Assembly: GCA_963789395.1 (NCBI GenBank)
Contig: CAWBKP010000022.1
Coordinates: 256,001-320,000 of the forward strand
From: an uncultured delta proteobacterium
GTDB lineage: Bacteria; Desulfobacterota; Desulfobacteria; Desulfobacterales; Desulfatirhabdiaceae
Direction: 5' to 3'
Length of the DNA: 64,000 nucleotides
The notes beneath the pieces were generated by a model. That model did no database searches, was not told where the DNA came from, and saw only the letters and a list, made by a program, of their open reading frames with translations. A program made the translations under genes and the position numbers. Positions 9,764-21,902 of the stretch are shown in pieces (positions within the stretch are counted from its first letter, which is position 1; every line of letters starts with the position of its first letter).

Positions 9764-11083
9764 ATGAAAAGAATTTTACCTGTAGATGATGAAATCATTA
9801 TCGCCACCCGGTTGCAGGAGCTTCTGGTTTCCATTGGATATGATGTGCCCGATATCGCCGGCTCCGGAGAAGAAGCAATTGACCTGGCAAGGACGCTGAA
9901 GCCGGATTTGATCATAATGGATATTGTGATGCCCGGCCCGATGGATGGCATATCCGCAGCGGAAAAAATTCGAGGTGATCTGGATATCCCGGTTATTTTT
10001 CTGACAGCCTTTTCAGATGATTCCCACATTGCACGGGCAAAGCTTTCCGATCCTCTCGGGTACATCCTGAAGCCGTTTGAAGAAAATCAGATGAAATCCG
10101 CCATTGAACTGGCGCTGCATAAAAGCGATGTGGATAAACGCCTTAAAGAAGCCAACCAAATGCTGGAGCATCGCGTTCGGCTGCGCACCGCAGAGCTTAC
10201 CGAATCTAATTTTAAGCTTTTTGAGGAAATCCAGGAGCATAAAAAGACCGAAGCGGCCCTGGTTGAGCAGATCCGTCGAAATGAAATGATTCTTCAAACC
10301 GCAATGGAAGGATTCTGGATCACAGATACCAGTGGCGTGATCCAGGAGGTGAATCCATCCGCGGCATCGATTCTGGGATATCCGCCCGGAGAACTTCAGC
10401 GAAAATCGATTTATGATTTTGAGCCTGAAGGCCATCGCGGGCTGGCGCCCCATATTCGAAAGGCCATTCGAAAAGGGTCAAACCAGTATGAAGCCCGGTT
10501 CCTGCATAAGGAGGGACATGTCATGACACTGGAGTTCAGCACCAATTTCCTGGATTTGGGCGAAAAAACGGTTCTTTTCTCATTTTTTAATGATGTGACA
10601 AAAAAGATTCAATTGGTTGCGTCCTTAAAAGACCGTGAAGCCGAATTGAGAATCAAGACTCAGAATCTTAAGGAAGTGAATACGGCACTGAAATCCCTTT
10701 TGAAAAAACGGGACTCGGACAGGATGGAAATGGAGGAAAAAGTGCTGTTCAATGTAAAAGAAATGATCTCGCCCTATATCAAAAAACTCAGAGAATCAGA
10801 GCTGAATGAAAAACAGGGGATTTATCTGACGATTCTTGAATCCAATGTCAAGGATATCATCTCGCCGTTTTCTCCTAAATTGACATCCCGCCATTTCAAG
10901 TTTACCAAGTCCGAGCTGCAGATTGCCAAACTGGTCCGAATGGGGATTACATCCAAAGAAATAGCTGAATTAATGGGACTTTCAAGAAGAACCATTGAAT
11001 CCCACCGGGATCGGATTCGAAAAAAAATCGGCTTGGACAGCCGAAGGCGAAATCTGAGGACATTTCTGATGTCCATTGAGTAA
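9764..11083 (+). CDS. Response regulator with REC-PAS-LuxR HTH architecture
   Basis: VDDE..PDLIIMDI..FLTA..YILKP receiver, central PAS-like region, C-terminal GITSKEIAELMGLSRRTIESHR. Confidence 0.88.
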   Translation: MKRILPVDDEIIIATRLQELLVSIGYDVPDIAGSGEEAIDLARTLKPDLIIMDIVMPGPMDGISAAEKIRGDLDIPVIFLTAFSDDSHIARAKLSDPLGYILKPFEENQMKSAIELALHKSDVDKRLKEANQMLEHRVRLRTAELTESNFKLFEEIQEHKKTEAALVEQIRRNEMILQTAMEGFWITDTSGVIQEVNPSAASILGYPPGELQRKSIYDFEPEGHRGLAPHIRKAIRKGSNQYEARFLHKEGHVMTLEFSTNFLDLGEKTVLFSFFNDVTKKIQLVASLKDREAELRIKTQNLKEVNTALKSLLKKRDSDRMEMEEKVLFNVKEMISPYIKKLRESELNEKQGIYLTILESNVKDIISPFSPKLTSRHFKFTKSELQIAKLVRMGITSKEIAELMGLSRRTIESHRDRIRKKIGLDSRRRNLRTFLMSIE

Positions 11084-11241
11084 AGGTTTAAAAGTGGGTG
11101 CAGGAGCCGGATTGCAGCAGGGAATTGTCTGACTTTTTTTTCATATCGTTACGAAATCCCCCGCTATGATGTCCCGTTTAATGGAAAACGACAAGGCCCG
11201 GGTTGATTATTGCCCGGAAACTGAAATGGATTGTTGAATCG

Positions 11242-11427
11242 ATGGAATTTTTTCTCTGCGTGCTGGGTATGGTCATGATCATCGAAGGGCTTCCGTATTT
11301 TGCATTTCCGGAGCAAATGAAATTCTGGGTATCCAAGATCCTGGAAATGCCGGATGCGTGGCTCAGGCGCTTTGGCCTGGTGTTGATGTTAACGGGCCTG
11401 TGTCTGGTGTATCTGGGAAAGCGGTAA
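11242..11427 (+). CDS. DUF2065 family small membrane protein
   Basis: LGMVMIIEGLPYFAFP..LRRFGL pattern, upstream of queA. Confidence 0.8.
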   Translation: MEFFLCVLGMVMIIEGLPYFAFPEQMKFWVSKILEMPDAWLRRFGLVLMLTGLCLVYLGKR

Positions 11428-11431
11428 TCCC

Positions 11432-12491
11432 ATGTACGAGATAGATGATTATGATTATGAACTTCCCGAAGACCGTATTGCCCAGAAACCCTGTCAGCAG
11501 AGAGACCGCTCCCGGCTCCTTCATCTGGACCGCCAGTCCGGAAATGTTTCCCATCGGGTATTCCGTGATTTGCCCGGCCTGGTGCGTGCCGGCGATGTGC
11601 TGGTGGTCAACAATACCAAGGTCATTCCCGGCAGAATCCTGGGCCGCAAAGATACCGGCGGCAAGGCAGAGGTCCTGATATTGACGTATGCGGCGGCGCA
11701 GGCGGATCGCAAAACAGCCGGCGAATTTACCTGTACCTGTCTGATCAAAAGTTCGAAAAAAACCAGGGCAGGTGCGATGATATTTTTCGATCACGGCCTC
11801 CGCGCCGAAGTGCTGAAAGCGGCAGGAGACTGTTACGAGGTCAGGTTTACCTGTGAAAACGATTTTGACGAGGTTTTGTATCAGGTGGGGAAAGTGCCGC
11901 TCCCGCCGTATATCCGGCGGGAATCCGGAGACGCGTCCTGTGAAGATCATACTGCTTATCAGACCATTTATGCCTCTGAAAAAGGGGCGATCGCCGCGCC
12001 GACAGCCGGGTTTCACTTTTCTGCCGAACTGATGACCCGGTTGCAGGATATGGGAATTGCGGTGGTGTATATTACCCTTCACGTGGGCTACGGCACATTT
12101 ATTCCGGTAAGGGTGTCGGATATCCGGGAGCACCGGATGCACAGCGAGACCTATGCAATTACCCGGAAAGCTGCTGAAGTCATCAATGATGCCAGGGACT
12201 GCGGCGGCCGCATTGTGGCTGTCGGCACCACCAGCGTTCGCACACTGGAATTTGCCGCATCGGAAACCGGAAGGGTCATGTCAGGTTCCGGTTCCTGTAA
12301 TCTCTTTATTTATCCCGGTTACCGGTTCAAGGTCGTGGATGCCATGATCACCAATTTTCACTTGCCCCGATCGACGCTACTGATGCTGGTGTCTGCTTTT
12401 GCAGGTCGAAACTGTATTCTGAATGCTTATCGGGAAGCCATTCAAGCAGGCTACCGGTTTTACAGCTATGGAGATGCCATGCTGATTGTTG

Positions 12492-12514
<23 letters not shown>
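11432..12514 (+). CDS. queA: S-adenosylmethionine:tRNA ribosyltransferase-isomerase
   Basis: DYELPEDRIAQKP, PLPPYI, AAPTAG, TLHVG, TNFHLP, YSYGDAM. Confidence 0.96.
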
Positions 12515-13853
<1,339 letters not shown>

Positions 13854-13871
13854 CAAACAAGGAAACCGATC

Positions 13872-15056
13872 ATGACCATTGCCAAGCATATTGAAGTCAC
13901 TTTGTTAAAATCCTCGTGGATTCGTAAAATGTTTGAAGAAGGCGCCCGGTTGAAGGGCATTCACGGTGCGGAAAATGTATATGATTTTAGTCTGGGGAAT
14001 CCCAACCTGGACCCGCCCGAGGAATTCAAGACCATCCTGAAAACCCTTGTGGAGCAGGAAACACCGGGATGCCACGGGTATATGCCCAATACCGGTTATC
14101 CGGAAGTCCGGAAATCCGTTGCGGCGTATCTGCATTCGGAGCAGCATGTACCGATTTCAGCGGCCGAGATTATCATGACCTGCGGTGCTGCGGGAGGGCT
14201 GAATGTCATTCTGAAAGCCATTATCGATCCCGGGGATGAGATTCTGACGCCGACGCCCCATTTTGTGGAATACGGGTTCTATGCCGCAAATCATGGCGGC
14301 GTCTTAAAAACAGCTCCGACGCATCCGGATTTTACCCTGAATATCGAAGCCCTTTCAGGCGCCATTACGCCCAAAACCAAGGCCGTTTTGATCAATTCCC
14401 CCAACAACCCGACCGGACAGATTTATTCGAAAGACAGCCTGATGGCGTTGGGGGACGTGCTGACCAAAAAGGGAAAGACATTTGGCAGAACCATCTACCT
14501 GATGGCGGATGAGCCGTATCGAAAAGTCATCTATGACGGGGCCGTGGTTCCCAGTGTTTTTGGCTGTTATCCCGAGAGCATCATGACCACTTCCTATTCC
14601 AAGGACATCTCGATTCCGGGAGAGCGGATCGGATTTATTGCCGTCAATCCGGCAGCGACTTACAAGGATCAACTTCTGGGCGCCATGGCGCTGACCAACC
14701 GGATCCTGGGCTTTGTCAACGCGCCGGCCCTCATGCAGCGCGTGATTGCAAGGATGCAGGGGTTAAGCGTGGATATTTCCGCATATGCCAGAAAACGCGA
14801 ACTCCTCTGCAACGGTCTTTCGGAAAGCGGGTATGATTTTGTAAAACCCCCGGGAACATTTTATCTTTTTCCGCGAACGCCCATTGCCGATGATGTCGAA
14901 TTTGTAAAAGCACTGCAACAGGAACTGATTCTTGTGGTTCCCGGAAGCGGTTTCGGCGGACCCGGGCATTTCAGAATTGCGTTCTGTGTATCAGATGACA
15001 CCATTATCAAATCATTGCCCGGCTTTAAGCGGGTCATGGATCATTTCAAGAAATAA
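13872..15056 (+). CDS. PLP-dependent aminotransferase class I/II (aspartate aminotransferase-like)
   Basis: SSWIRKMFEEG, NSPNNPTG, DEPY, SYSKDISIPGERIG. Confidence 0.92.
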   Translation: MTIAKHIEVTLLKSSWIRKMFEEGARLKGIHGAENVYDFSLGNPNLDPPEEFKTILKTLVEQETPGCHGYMPNTGYPEVRKSVAAYLHSEQHVPISAAEIIMTCGAAGGLNVILKAIIDPGDEILTPTPHFVEYGFYAANHGGVLKTAPTHPDFTLNIEALSGAITPKTKAVLINSPNNPTGQIYSKDSLMALGDVLTKKGKTFGRTIYLMADEPYRKVIYDGAVVPSVFGCYPESIMTTSYSKDISIPGERIGFIAVNPAATYKDQLLGAMALTNRILGFVNAPALMQRVIARMQGLSVDISAYARKRELLCNGLSESGYDFVKPPGTFYLFPRTPIADDVEFVKALQQELILVVPGSGFGGPGHFRIAFCVSDDTIIKSLPGFKRVMDHFKK

Positions 15057-15068
15057 AGGCTGAAGACT

Positions 15069-15195
15069 GAGCCTCTTTCAAATGTACCGCTGTTCGTCAC
15101 CCCGGTGAAAACCGGGGCCCAGTAGCCTTTGCATTACTGGATACCGGCTTCGCCGGTATGACGGAAGAGGCATGGAGGGGTTTTGCAAGAGGCTC
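15069..15195. mobile_element. 127-bp MITE-like element with 14-bp terminal inverted repeats and a 4-bp direct repeat (GACT)
   Basis: Left end GAGCCTCTTTCAAA and right end TTTGCAAGAGGCTC match 13/14. GACT at 15065-15068 and 15196-15199. Internal paired hairpins at 15096-15162. Confidence 0.6.
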
Positions 15196-15482
15196 GACTG
15201 ACGGAGAAAGGGTATTATTAATCCATCTGCAGCTTTCAGCCTTCGGCCTTTAGTCGTAACCCTCATTTTTCTTCTTGACAGAATAAATCCATTCATATAT
15301 CAAAATAGTAACGATGTTTCGTTTTTAATAAAATATAATTTAAATTATTGCTTGTATTGTCATGTATATCAATAAGTTATAAAATATAATTCAACAGAAC
15401 ATTATTTTTTATTGTTGAGTTTGGCGAGTTCTGTTAGCAATATAAAACATTTATTTATCATTATATCAATTTGTTGAATGGA

Positions 15483-16103
15483 ATGATTTTGGCAAACGGC
15501 GACAAGAGTGCTTTAAACGGTAACAAGGTTTTTAAGCCTGAAATTCAGAAACGGCTTGAAGCAGCGGTTCTGGAGATTTTTTCCGAGTCGGATTTTCATC
15601 AGGCCAATATCCGCACGGTTGCAAAAAAAGCAGGGGTGAGTTTCAGCACCATTTACGGCTATTACGGCAGCAAGGAAGGGCTTGTGTTCGCTGTTGTGGA
15701 TGTGTGGCTGGGGAAGCTGACGGATCGGATTATCGACCATCTTCAGGGCATTGAAGATTTAAAGGAAAAACTCAGAAAGGTTTTCTGGCTTCAGCTTGAT
15801 TATTATGAAAGAAATCAAGGCCTGGCTAAAATACTGTTTATGACCCTTCCCATGAAAACATGGATGGTGGATAAAACATTTGAACAAAAGAAAATGATGA
15901 ATCTGTTTCTTGAAGTTTTAAGCCAGGGACAGCAGGAAGGGATTTTAAACCCCAATGTTCGCGCCGGCGTACTGCTGGATTTTATGATGGGCTTTGTGCA
16001 GCGGACTTTTTTTATGTGGGTGTCGCGTGGCCAGAAAGAAAGTATGATTGCCCAGGCCAATCAGTTGTTTGAAATGGTCTGGCGGGCAATTACCGCACCT
16101 TGA
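15483..16103 (+). CDS. TetR/AcrR family transcriptional regulator (start uncertain)
   Basis: HTH region NIRTVAKKAGVSFSTIYGYYGSKEGL. Confidence 0.88.
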   Translation: MILANGDKSALNGNKVFKPEIQKRLEAAVLEIFSESDFHQANIRTVAKKAGVSFSTIYGYYGSKEGLVFAVVDVWLGKLTDRIIDHLQGIEDLKEKLRKVFWLQLDYYERNQGLAKILFMTLPMKTWMVDKTFEQKKMMNLFLEVLSQGQQEGILNPNVRAGVLLDFMMGFVQRTFFMWVSRGQKESMIAQANQLFEMVWRAITAP

Positions 16104-16233
16104 TACGGATTTTGCCCGCATTTTTTTATACTTGATTCGATCTCAACGATTTTCAGGTTTTTATGAACTGATAAGGTGTCGGATGTCTTTTGCATACATA
16201 ACCAGGAACCTTTGAACTGCCAGGGAGTAATTT

Positions 16234-16641
16234 ATGAAAATTCTTAAAATCGACCATCTCGGAATAGCTGTCAGCAGCATTGATGAACGAAAAAATTTCT
16301 GGACTGACGTACTGGGCCTTTCATTTGCCGGTTCTGAAACGGTTCAGGAACAGAAAGTGACCACTGCGTTTTTTCCGGTGGGAGAAAGTGAAGTTGAACT
16401 TCTGGAATCCACTTCTCCGGACGGTCCCATTGCCAAATATCTGGAAAAACGGGGAGAGGGCATTCAGCACGTCGCCTTCCGTGTTGAAAATATTGAAGCT
16501 GCGCTGGAAGAATTGAAAGCAAAGGGCATCAAGCTCATTGACGAAAAGCCCAGAATCGGCGCAGGCGGAGCAAAAATCGCGTTTCTTCACCCCAAGGCCA
16601 CCAGCGGCATTCTGGTCGAACTGTGCCAGAGAGACCATTAA
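16234..16641 (+). CDS. mce: Methylmalonyl-CoA epimerase
   Basis: [34 protein letters not shown]. Adjacent to the mutase. Confidence 0.94.
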   Translation: MKILKIDHLGIAVSSIDERKNFWTDVLGLSFAGSETVQEQKVTTAFFPVGESEVELLESTSPDGPIAKYLEKRGEGIQHVAFRVENIEAALEELKAKGIKLIDEKPRIGAGGAKIAFLHPKATSGILVELCQRDH

Positions 16642-16679
16642 GCAATGCGTGGCTGAACGGAAACACTGTTATTATATAT

Positions 16680-16808
16680 AAATACGAAATCCGAAGATTG
16701 AAATTCAAAACAATGACAACAACTCAAAGATCATACCGATACTTTCTGGCGTTTTGACATTAGAATTTTAAATTTGTTTCGGATTTCGGATTTTGATATT
16801 CGAATTTT
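16680..16808. repeat. Degenerate heptamer tandem/inverted repeat element
   Basis: AATACGAAATCCGAA... on the left and ...TTTCGGATTTCGGATTTTGATATTCGAATTT on the right, mutually complementary. Confidence 0.55.
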
Positions 16809-16829
16809 ATTTTTTATAAGGAGCTCACC

Positions 16830-18966
16830 ATGCCGGACCATCCGCAAAAACAAAAATGGACAGAACTTGCAACAAAGCTGCTCAAAGGCAAATCGCCCGA
16901 TACCCTGGACTGGATGACCCCAGAGGGGATTCGGGTCAAACCGCTTTACACGGCCGAAGATCTTGAAGGAATGGAGCACGTCAATACCCTTCCGGGTCTT
17001 GCCCCGTTTGTCCGGGGTCCCATGGCCACCATGTATGCCGGAAGGCCCTGGACCATCCGCCAGTATGCCGGATTTTCAACAGCCAGGGAATCCAATGAAT
17101 TTTACCGGAAAAATCTGGCGGCCGGCCAAAAAGGCCTTTCCGTTGCATTTGATCTGGCGACCCACAGGGGATACGACTCGGATCACCCCAGGGTTGTCGG
17201 CGATATCGGAAAAGCCGGGGTTGCCGTGGATTCCATCGAAGACATGAAGATTCTCTTTGATCAGATCCCCCTGGATGAGATGTCCGTATCCATGACCATG
17301 AATGGCGCGGTTCTGCCGATTCTGGCCGGGTATATCGTGGCTGCCGAAGAGCAGGGCGTTCCCCAGGAAAAACTGACCGGCACCATCCAGAACGATATTT
17401 TAAAAGAGTATCTGACCCGTAACACTTACATCTATCCGCCGACGCCTTCCATGCGGATCGTATCGGATATTATCGGATACTGCTCCAAACACATGCCCAA
17501 GTACAATACCGTCAGCATCAGTGGATATCACATGATGGAAGCCGGCGCAAACTCGGTGCTTCAGACCGCCTTTACCCTGGCCGACGGGCTGGAATATGTC
17601 AAGGCGGCCCTTGCAACGGGGATGGATATTGACACATTTGCCCCGAGACTGTCATTTTTCTTCGGGATCGGCATGAATTTTTTCATGGATATCGCCATGC
17701 TGCGGGCCGCCAGGTTTCTGTGGCATGAGCTGATCAAGCCGTTCAACCCCAAAAATGTACAGTCCCTCATGCTGAGAACCCATTGCCAGACTTCGGGGTG
17801 GAGCCTGACCCAGCAGGATCCTTACAACAACATTATCCGCACCACCCTGGAGTGCATGTCCGCGGCCCTTGGCGGAACCCAGTCCCTTCATACCAACTCC
17901 TTTGACGAGGCAGTCGGGCTTCCCACCAATTTTTCCGCCCGGATCGCCCGGAACACCCAGATCATTGTCCAGGAAGAATCCCAGGTCTGCCATGTCGTGG
18001 ATCCGCTGGGAGGCTCCTATTATGTGGAAGCCCTGACCGACGGCATTATCTGTGAAGCCCGCAAGATCATCTCTGAAATTCAGTCACTGGGCGGCATGGC
18101 CAAGGCCATTGAAACCGGAATGCCCAAGCTGCGCATTGAAGAATCGGCCGCCAGAAAGCAGGCCCGGATCGATCAGGGCCTGGATGTGATCGTCGGCGTG
18201 AACAAATATAAAATCGAGGAAAAACCCCTTGAAGATGTCCGGGAAGTCACGGATGCCGTGCGCGTCGAACAGGTGGAACGTCTCAAGGAACTGAAAGCCA
18301 AACGAAATGCGGAAGCGGTTCAAAAAGCCCTGGATCACATCACGCGCTGTGCGGAAGGTGACGGCAATCTTCTGGATGCCTCCATAGCGGCGATTCGGGC
18401 CAGAGCAACCGTCGGAGAGATATCGGATGCCATGGAAAAAGTTTTCGGCCGGTTTGTCGCAACCACTCAGTGTATATCCGGTGTTTATGCTTCTGAGTAT
18501 GAGAAATAACACCGGCGTGATTGATGCCCTTCGAAAACGCTGCCAGGATTTTGCAGACAAGGAAGGCAGAAGGCCGAGAATCCTGCTGACCAAAATGGGT
18601 CAGGACGGCCATGACCGCGGGGTCAAGGTGGTGGCGACGGCGTATGCGGATCTGGGATTCGATGTGGATATCAGCCCCATGTTCCAGACGCCTGAAGAAA
18701 CCGCAAAAATGGCCCTTGAAAACGACGTGCATCTGGTGGGCGTCTCCAGTCTGGCTGCCGGACACAAGACCCTGGTTCCCCAGCTCATTGACGCGTTGAA
18801 GGCAGGCGGCGGAGAGGATATCAAGGTCGTGGTCGGCGGGGTCATCCCGCCGGGAGACTATGAGTATCTGTTTGCGGCGGGTGCGGTCGGCGTGTTCGGT
18901 CCGGGGACCTCCATCACGGATTCGGCCAATCAGACGCTGAATGTTCTGGAGAAAAAGAACGGATGA
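16830..18966 (+). CDS. scpA: Methylmalonyl-CoA mutase (catalytic plus B12-binding domain); +1 frameshift at ~18505
   Basis: [45 protein letters not shown]12 domain [22 protein letters not shown] in ORF 18427..18966. Confidence 0.94.
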
Positions 18967-19943
18967 CAGTTGACATCGACGCCAGCGTCAGCGGCCTTCT
19001 GGATGGGAACCGCCGGATGCTGGCCAAAACCATCACCTTGATCGAAAGCTCTCTTTCCGGTCATCAGGCGTCAGCCCAGGCCATTCTGGACCGGCTCCTG
19101 CCCCATACAGGAAAGGCGGTTCGCCTGGGGATCACGGGCGTTCCGGGTGTCGGGAAAAGTTCTTTTATTGAAAGCCTGGGAATGATGCTGGTTGAAAAAG
19201 GGCATCGCGTGGCGGTTCTGGCCGTGGATCCCAGCAGCACCCGAAGCGGTGGAAGCATTCTGGCCGATAAAACCCGGATGGAGCGGCTTTGTGCGGACAA
19301 CCGGGCGTTTATCCGGCCATCGCCATCCGGCGGAACCCTGGGCGGGGTGGCCCGAAAAACCCGGGAAACCATGCTGGTTTGCGAGGCAGCCGGATTTGAT
19401 GTGATTATTGTTGAAACCGTCGGAGTCGGCCAGTCTGAAACCACCGTATCTTCAATGGTGGATTTTTTTCTGGTCCTGATGCTGGCCGGGGCCGGCGATG
19501 AACTTCAGGGAATTAAAAAAGGGGTTCTGGAACTGGCCGACGCCATCGCCATCAACAAGACTGACGGGGATAACATTGAAAAAGCCAGAAAGGCGAAAAA
19601 AGACTATGAAACAGCGCTTCAGCTTTTGAGGCCTGCCTCGCCCAACTGGTCGCCGCCGGTGCTGACCTGCAGCGCCCTGGAACTCACCGGAATCGATGAG
19701 ATCTGGGCCGTTGTCCTGAAACACCGGGATGTCATGACAGCAAGCTGCGAACTGGATCAGAACCGCAGGACTCAGGCCCTGGCCTGGATGTGGTCTCTGG
19801 TGGAAGAGGGCCTGAAAGACCGCTTTAAACATCACCCGGAAGTTCAGCTCCGCCTGCCCCAACTGTCGCGGCAGGTGGAAAACGGGATGGTGTCGCCGAC
19901 GGCAGCGGCCTGCCAATTGCTTTTTTTGCTTGACAAATCCTGA
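18963..19943 (+). CDS. meaB: Methylmalonyl-CoA mutase-associated GTPase
   Basis: [48 protein letters not shown]. Confidence 0.95.
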   Translation: MTVDIDASVSGLLDGNRRMLAKTITLIESSLSGHQASAQAILDRLLPHTGKAVRLGITGVPGVGKSSFIESLGMMLVEKGHRVAVLAVDPSSTRSGGSILADKTRMERLCADNRAFIRPSPSGGTLGGVARKTRETMLVCEAAGFDVIIVETVGVGQSETTVSSMVDFFLVLMLAGAGDELQGIKKGVLELADAIAINKTDGDNIEKARKAKKDYETALQLLRPASPNWSPPVLTCSALELTGIDEIWAVVLKHRDVMTASCELDQNRRTQALAWMWSLVEEGLKDRFKHHPEVQLRLPQLSRQVENGMVSPTAAACQLLFLLDKS

Positions 19944-20035
19944 GGTGAATGGCTACTTCATAGCTACAAGATCACCTTGCGGATAGTGTACTTTTTGCGA
20001 AGCCAGTCAAATATGAGATAAGAAAGGATAGAAAA

Positions 20036-21589
20036 ATGGGTATTGTGGACGATAAAATCAAGGATCTGAAGGAACGGGAAAAAAAGATCCTGAAAATGGG
20101 CGGTGAAAAAGCCATCGCCAAAGAGCGTGAAAAAGGCAAACTGACCGCACGGGAGCGGCTGGATCTGCTCTTTGATGCCGGTACGTTCCGGGAAATCGAC
20201 ATGTTTGTGTCGCACCGGTGCACCAATTTCGGCATGGAAAAGATCGACATTCCCAGTGACGGCGTGGTGACGGGTCACGGAATGGTGGAAGGCCGCCCGG
20301 TGTTTGCATTTTCCCAGGATTTCACCGCACGCGGCGGAAGCCTCGGGGAAATGCACGCCAAAAAAATCTGCAAGGTCATGGATCTGGCCATGAAAGCCGG
20401 TGTACCCTTTGTCGGTATCAATGATTCGGGCGGAGCCAGAATTCAGGAAGGCGTGGATGCGCTTTCGGGATTCGGTCAGATATTTTACCGCAACGCCCTG
20501 GCCTCCGGCGTCATTCCCCAGATTTCGGCCATTATGGGGACGACCGCGGGCGGCGCCGTGTATTCTCCGGCCATGACCGACTGGATTTTCATGGTAAAAA
20601 ACTCCAGCTACATGTTCATTACCGGCCCGGAAGTCATCAAATCCGTTACCGGAGAGGAAATCAGCTTCGAGGACCTGGGCGGCGCCATGGCCCATAATGA
20701 AAAAAGCGGCGTTTCCCACTTTGCCTGTGAAAGCGATCAGGACGCCATTGACAAAATAAAGACCCTGCTCTCTTATCTGCCTGCCAACAACATGGAAGAT
20801 CCGCCCCTCGTCAATACGGGCGATGATCCCCGTCGCGTGGATCCGGCCCTGGATGCCATCATCCCCGACAGCCCCAACCAGTCTTACGATATGAAGGCGG
20901 TGATTGCATCCATTGTGGACAACGGCGTCTTTTTTGAACCCCATGAATTTTTTGCGCCCAATATTCTGATCGGATTTGCCCGGCTGAACGGCAGAAGCCT
21001 GGGCATCATCGCCAATCAGCCCAATGTCATGGCTGGCTGCCTCGATATCAATGCCTCGGACAAGGCCACCCGGTTTATCCGCTTCTGCGATGCCTTTAAT
21101 ATTCCCATCTTGACCATTGCCGATGTTCCCGGATATCTGCCCGGAAGTCATCAGGAATGGGGCGGAATTATCCGCCACGGCGCAAAGCTGCTCTGGTGCT
21201 ATTCGGAAGCCACCGTGCCCAAGCTGCTTCTGGTGACCCGCAAGGACTACGGCGGATCGTATCTGGCCATGTGCTCCAAGGATCTGGGGGCGGATATGGC
21301 ATTTGCATGGCCGACCGCTCAGATTGCAGTCATGGGCGCAGCAGGCGCCGCCAATATCATCCATCGGAAGGAAATCACCACGGCAGCAGATCCGAAAGCC
21401 AAGCGCCAGGAAAAAATTGAGGAATATGACGATCTGTTTTCCAATCCCTACTGCGCGGCAGCCAGAGGCTATATCGATGCGGTGATTGTTCCCAGCGAAA
21501 CCCGGCCAAGGCTGATTGACGCGCTTGAAGTCATGTGCAGCAAGCGGGAAACCCGGCCGCCGAAAAAACACGGCAACATACCGGTATAA
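20036..21589 (+). CDS. pccB: Acyl-CoA carboxyltransferase (propionyl-CoA carboxylase beta / transcarboxylase 12S-like)
   Basis: GKLTARER, DSGGARIQEG, GGAVYSPA, FIRFCDAFNIP, KKHGNIP. Confidence 0.9.
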   Translation: MGIVDDKIKDLKEREKKILKMGGEKAIAKEREKGKLTARERLDLLFDAGTFREIDMFVSHRCTNFGMEKIDIPSDGVVTGHGMVEGRPVFAFSQDFTARGGSLGEMHAKKICKVMDLAMKAGVPFVGINDSGGARIQEGVDALSGFGQIFYRNALASGVIPQISAIMGTTAGGAVYSPAMTDWIFMVKNSSYMFITGPEVIKSVTGEEISFEDLGGAMAHNEKSGVSHFACESDQDAIDKIKTLLSYLPANNMEDPPLVNTGDDPRRVDPALDAIIPDSPNQSYDMKAVIASIVDNGVFFEPHEFFAPNILIGFARLNGRSLGIIANQPNVMAGCLDINASDKATRFIRFCDAFNIPILTIADVPGYLPGSHQEWGGIIRHGAKLLWCYSEATVPKLLLVTRKDYGGSYLAMCSKDLGADMAFAWPTAQIAVMGAAGAANIIHRKEITTAADPKAKRQEKIEEYDDLFSNPYCAAARGYIDAVIVPSETRPRLIDALEVMCSKRETRPPKKHGNIPV

Positions 21590-21595
21590 GGGGGG

Positions 21596-21848
21596 ATGAT
21601 GAAACCAGATACCAAACAGTCCAAACAGATGGCAGCGGCCATTTCAGCGGTTTTTGGATATATCCGCTCTCAGGAAGAGGCAGCCGGGCTGGCGATGTCC
21701 CAGGCAGAAACGGATGCGGAATCCGTTGCTGTACCGACCTGCGCTGTCTGCACCGGTTAAATTGTGGGGCATCAGCGGCAGACAGGATATGATGAGTATG
21801 CGGAACCTGATGCAGCTGCGGACGTTTCAGGGATCAAAGTTGCGCTGA
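21596..21848 (+). CDS. Small carboxylase-associated (epsilon-like) protein; +1 frameshift at ~21737
   Basis: ATG at 21596 gives MMKPDTKQSKQMAAAISAVFGYIRSQEEAAG...; the +1 frame continues PVKLWGISGRQDMMSMRNLMQLRTF*. Lies between the two carboxylase genes. Confidence 0.6.
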
Positions 21849-21902
21849 ATAATTCCAAACTGACTTTAATAAAAATATATTGATGATGAGGAGACCTTTA
21901 CC

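Noticed and set aside
15290..15480. Very AT-rich tract as a possible origin or foreign insert
   Set aside because: No DnaA-box cluster or iterons seen. It fits a promoter region of the TetR gene (AACGA-N4-TCGTT palindrome at 15310-15323).
19964..21571. Long antisense ORFs (for example 19964..21571, 29322..30149, 54448..55434, 56015..57013)
   Set aside because: They shadow well-supported genes on the opposite strand and have no recognisable motifs.
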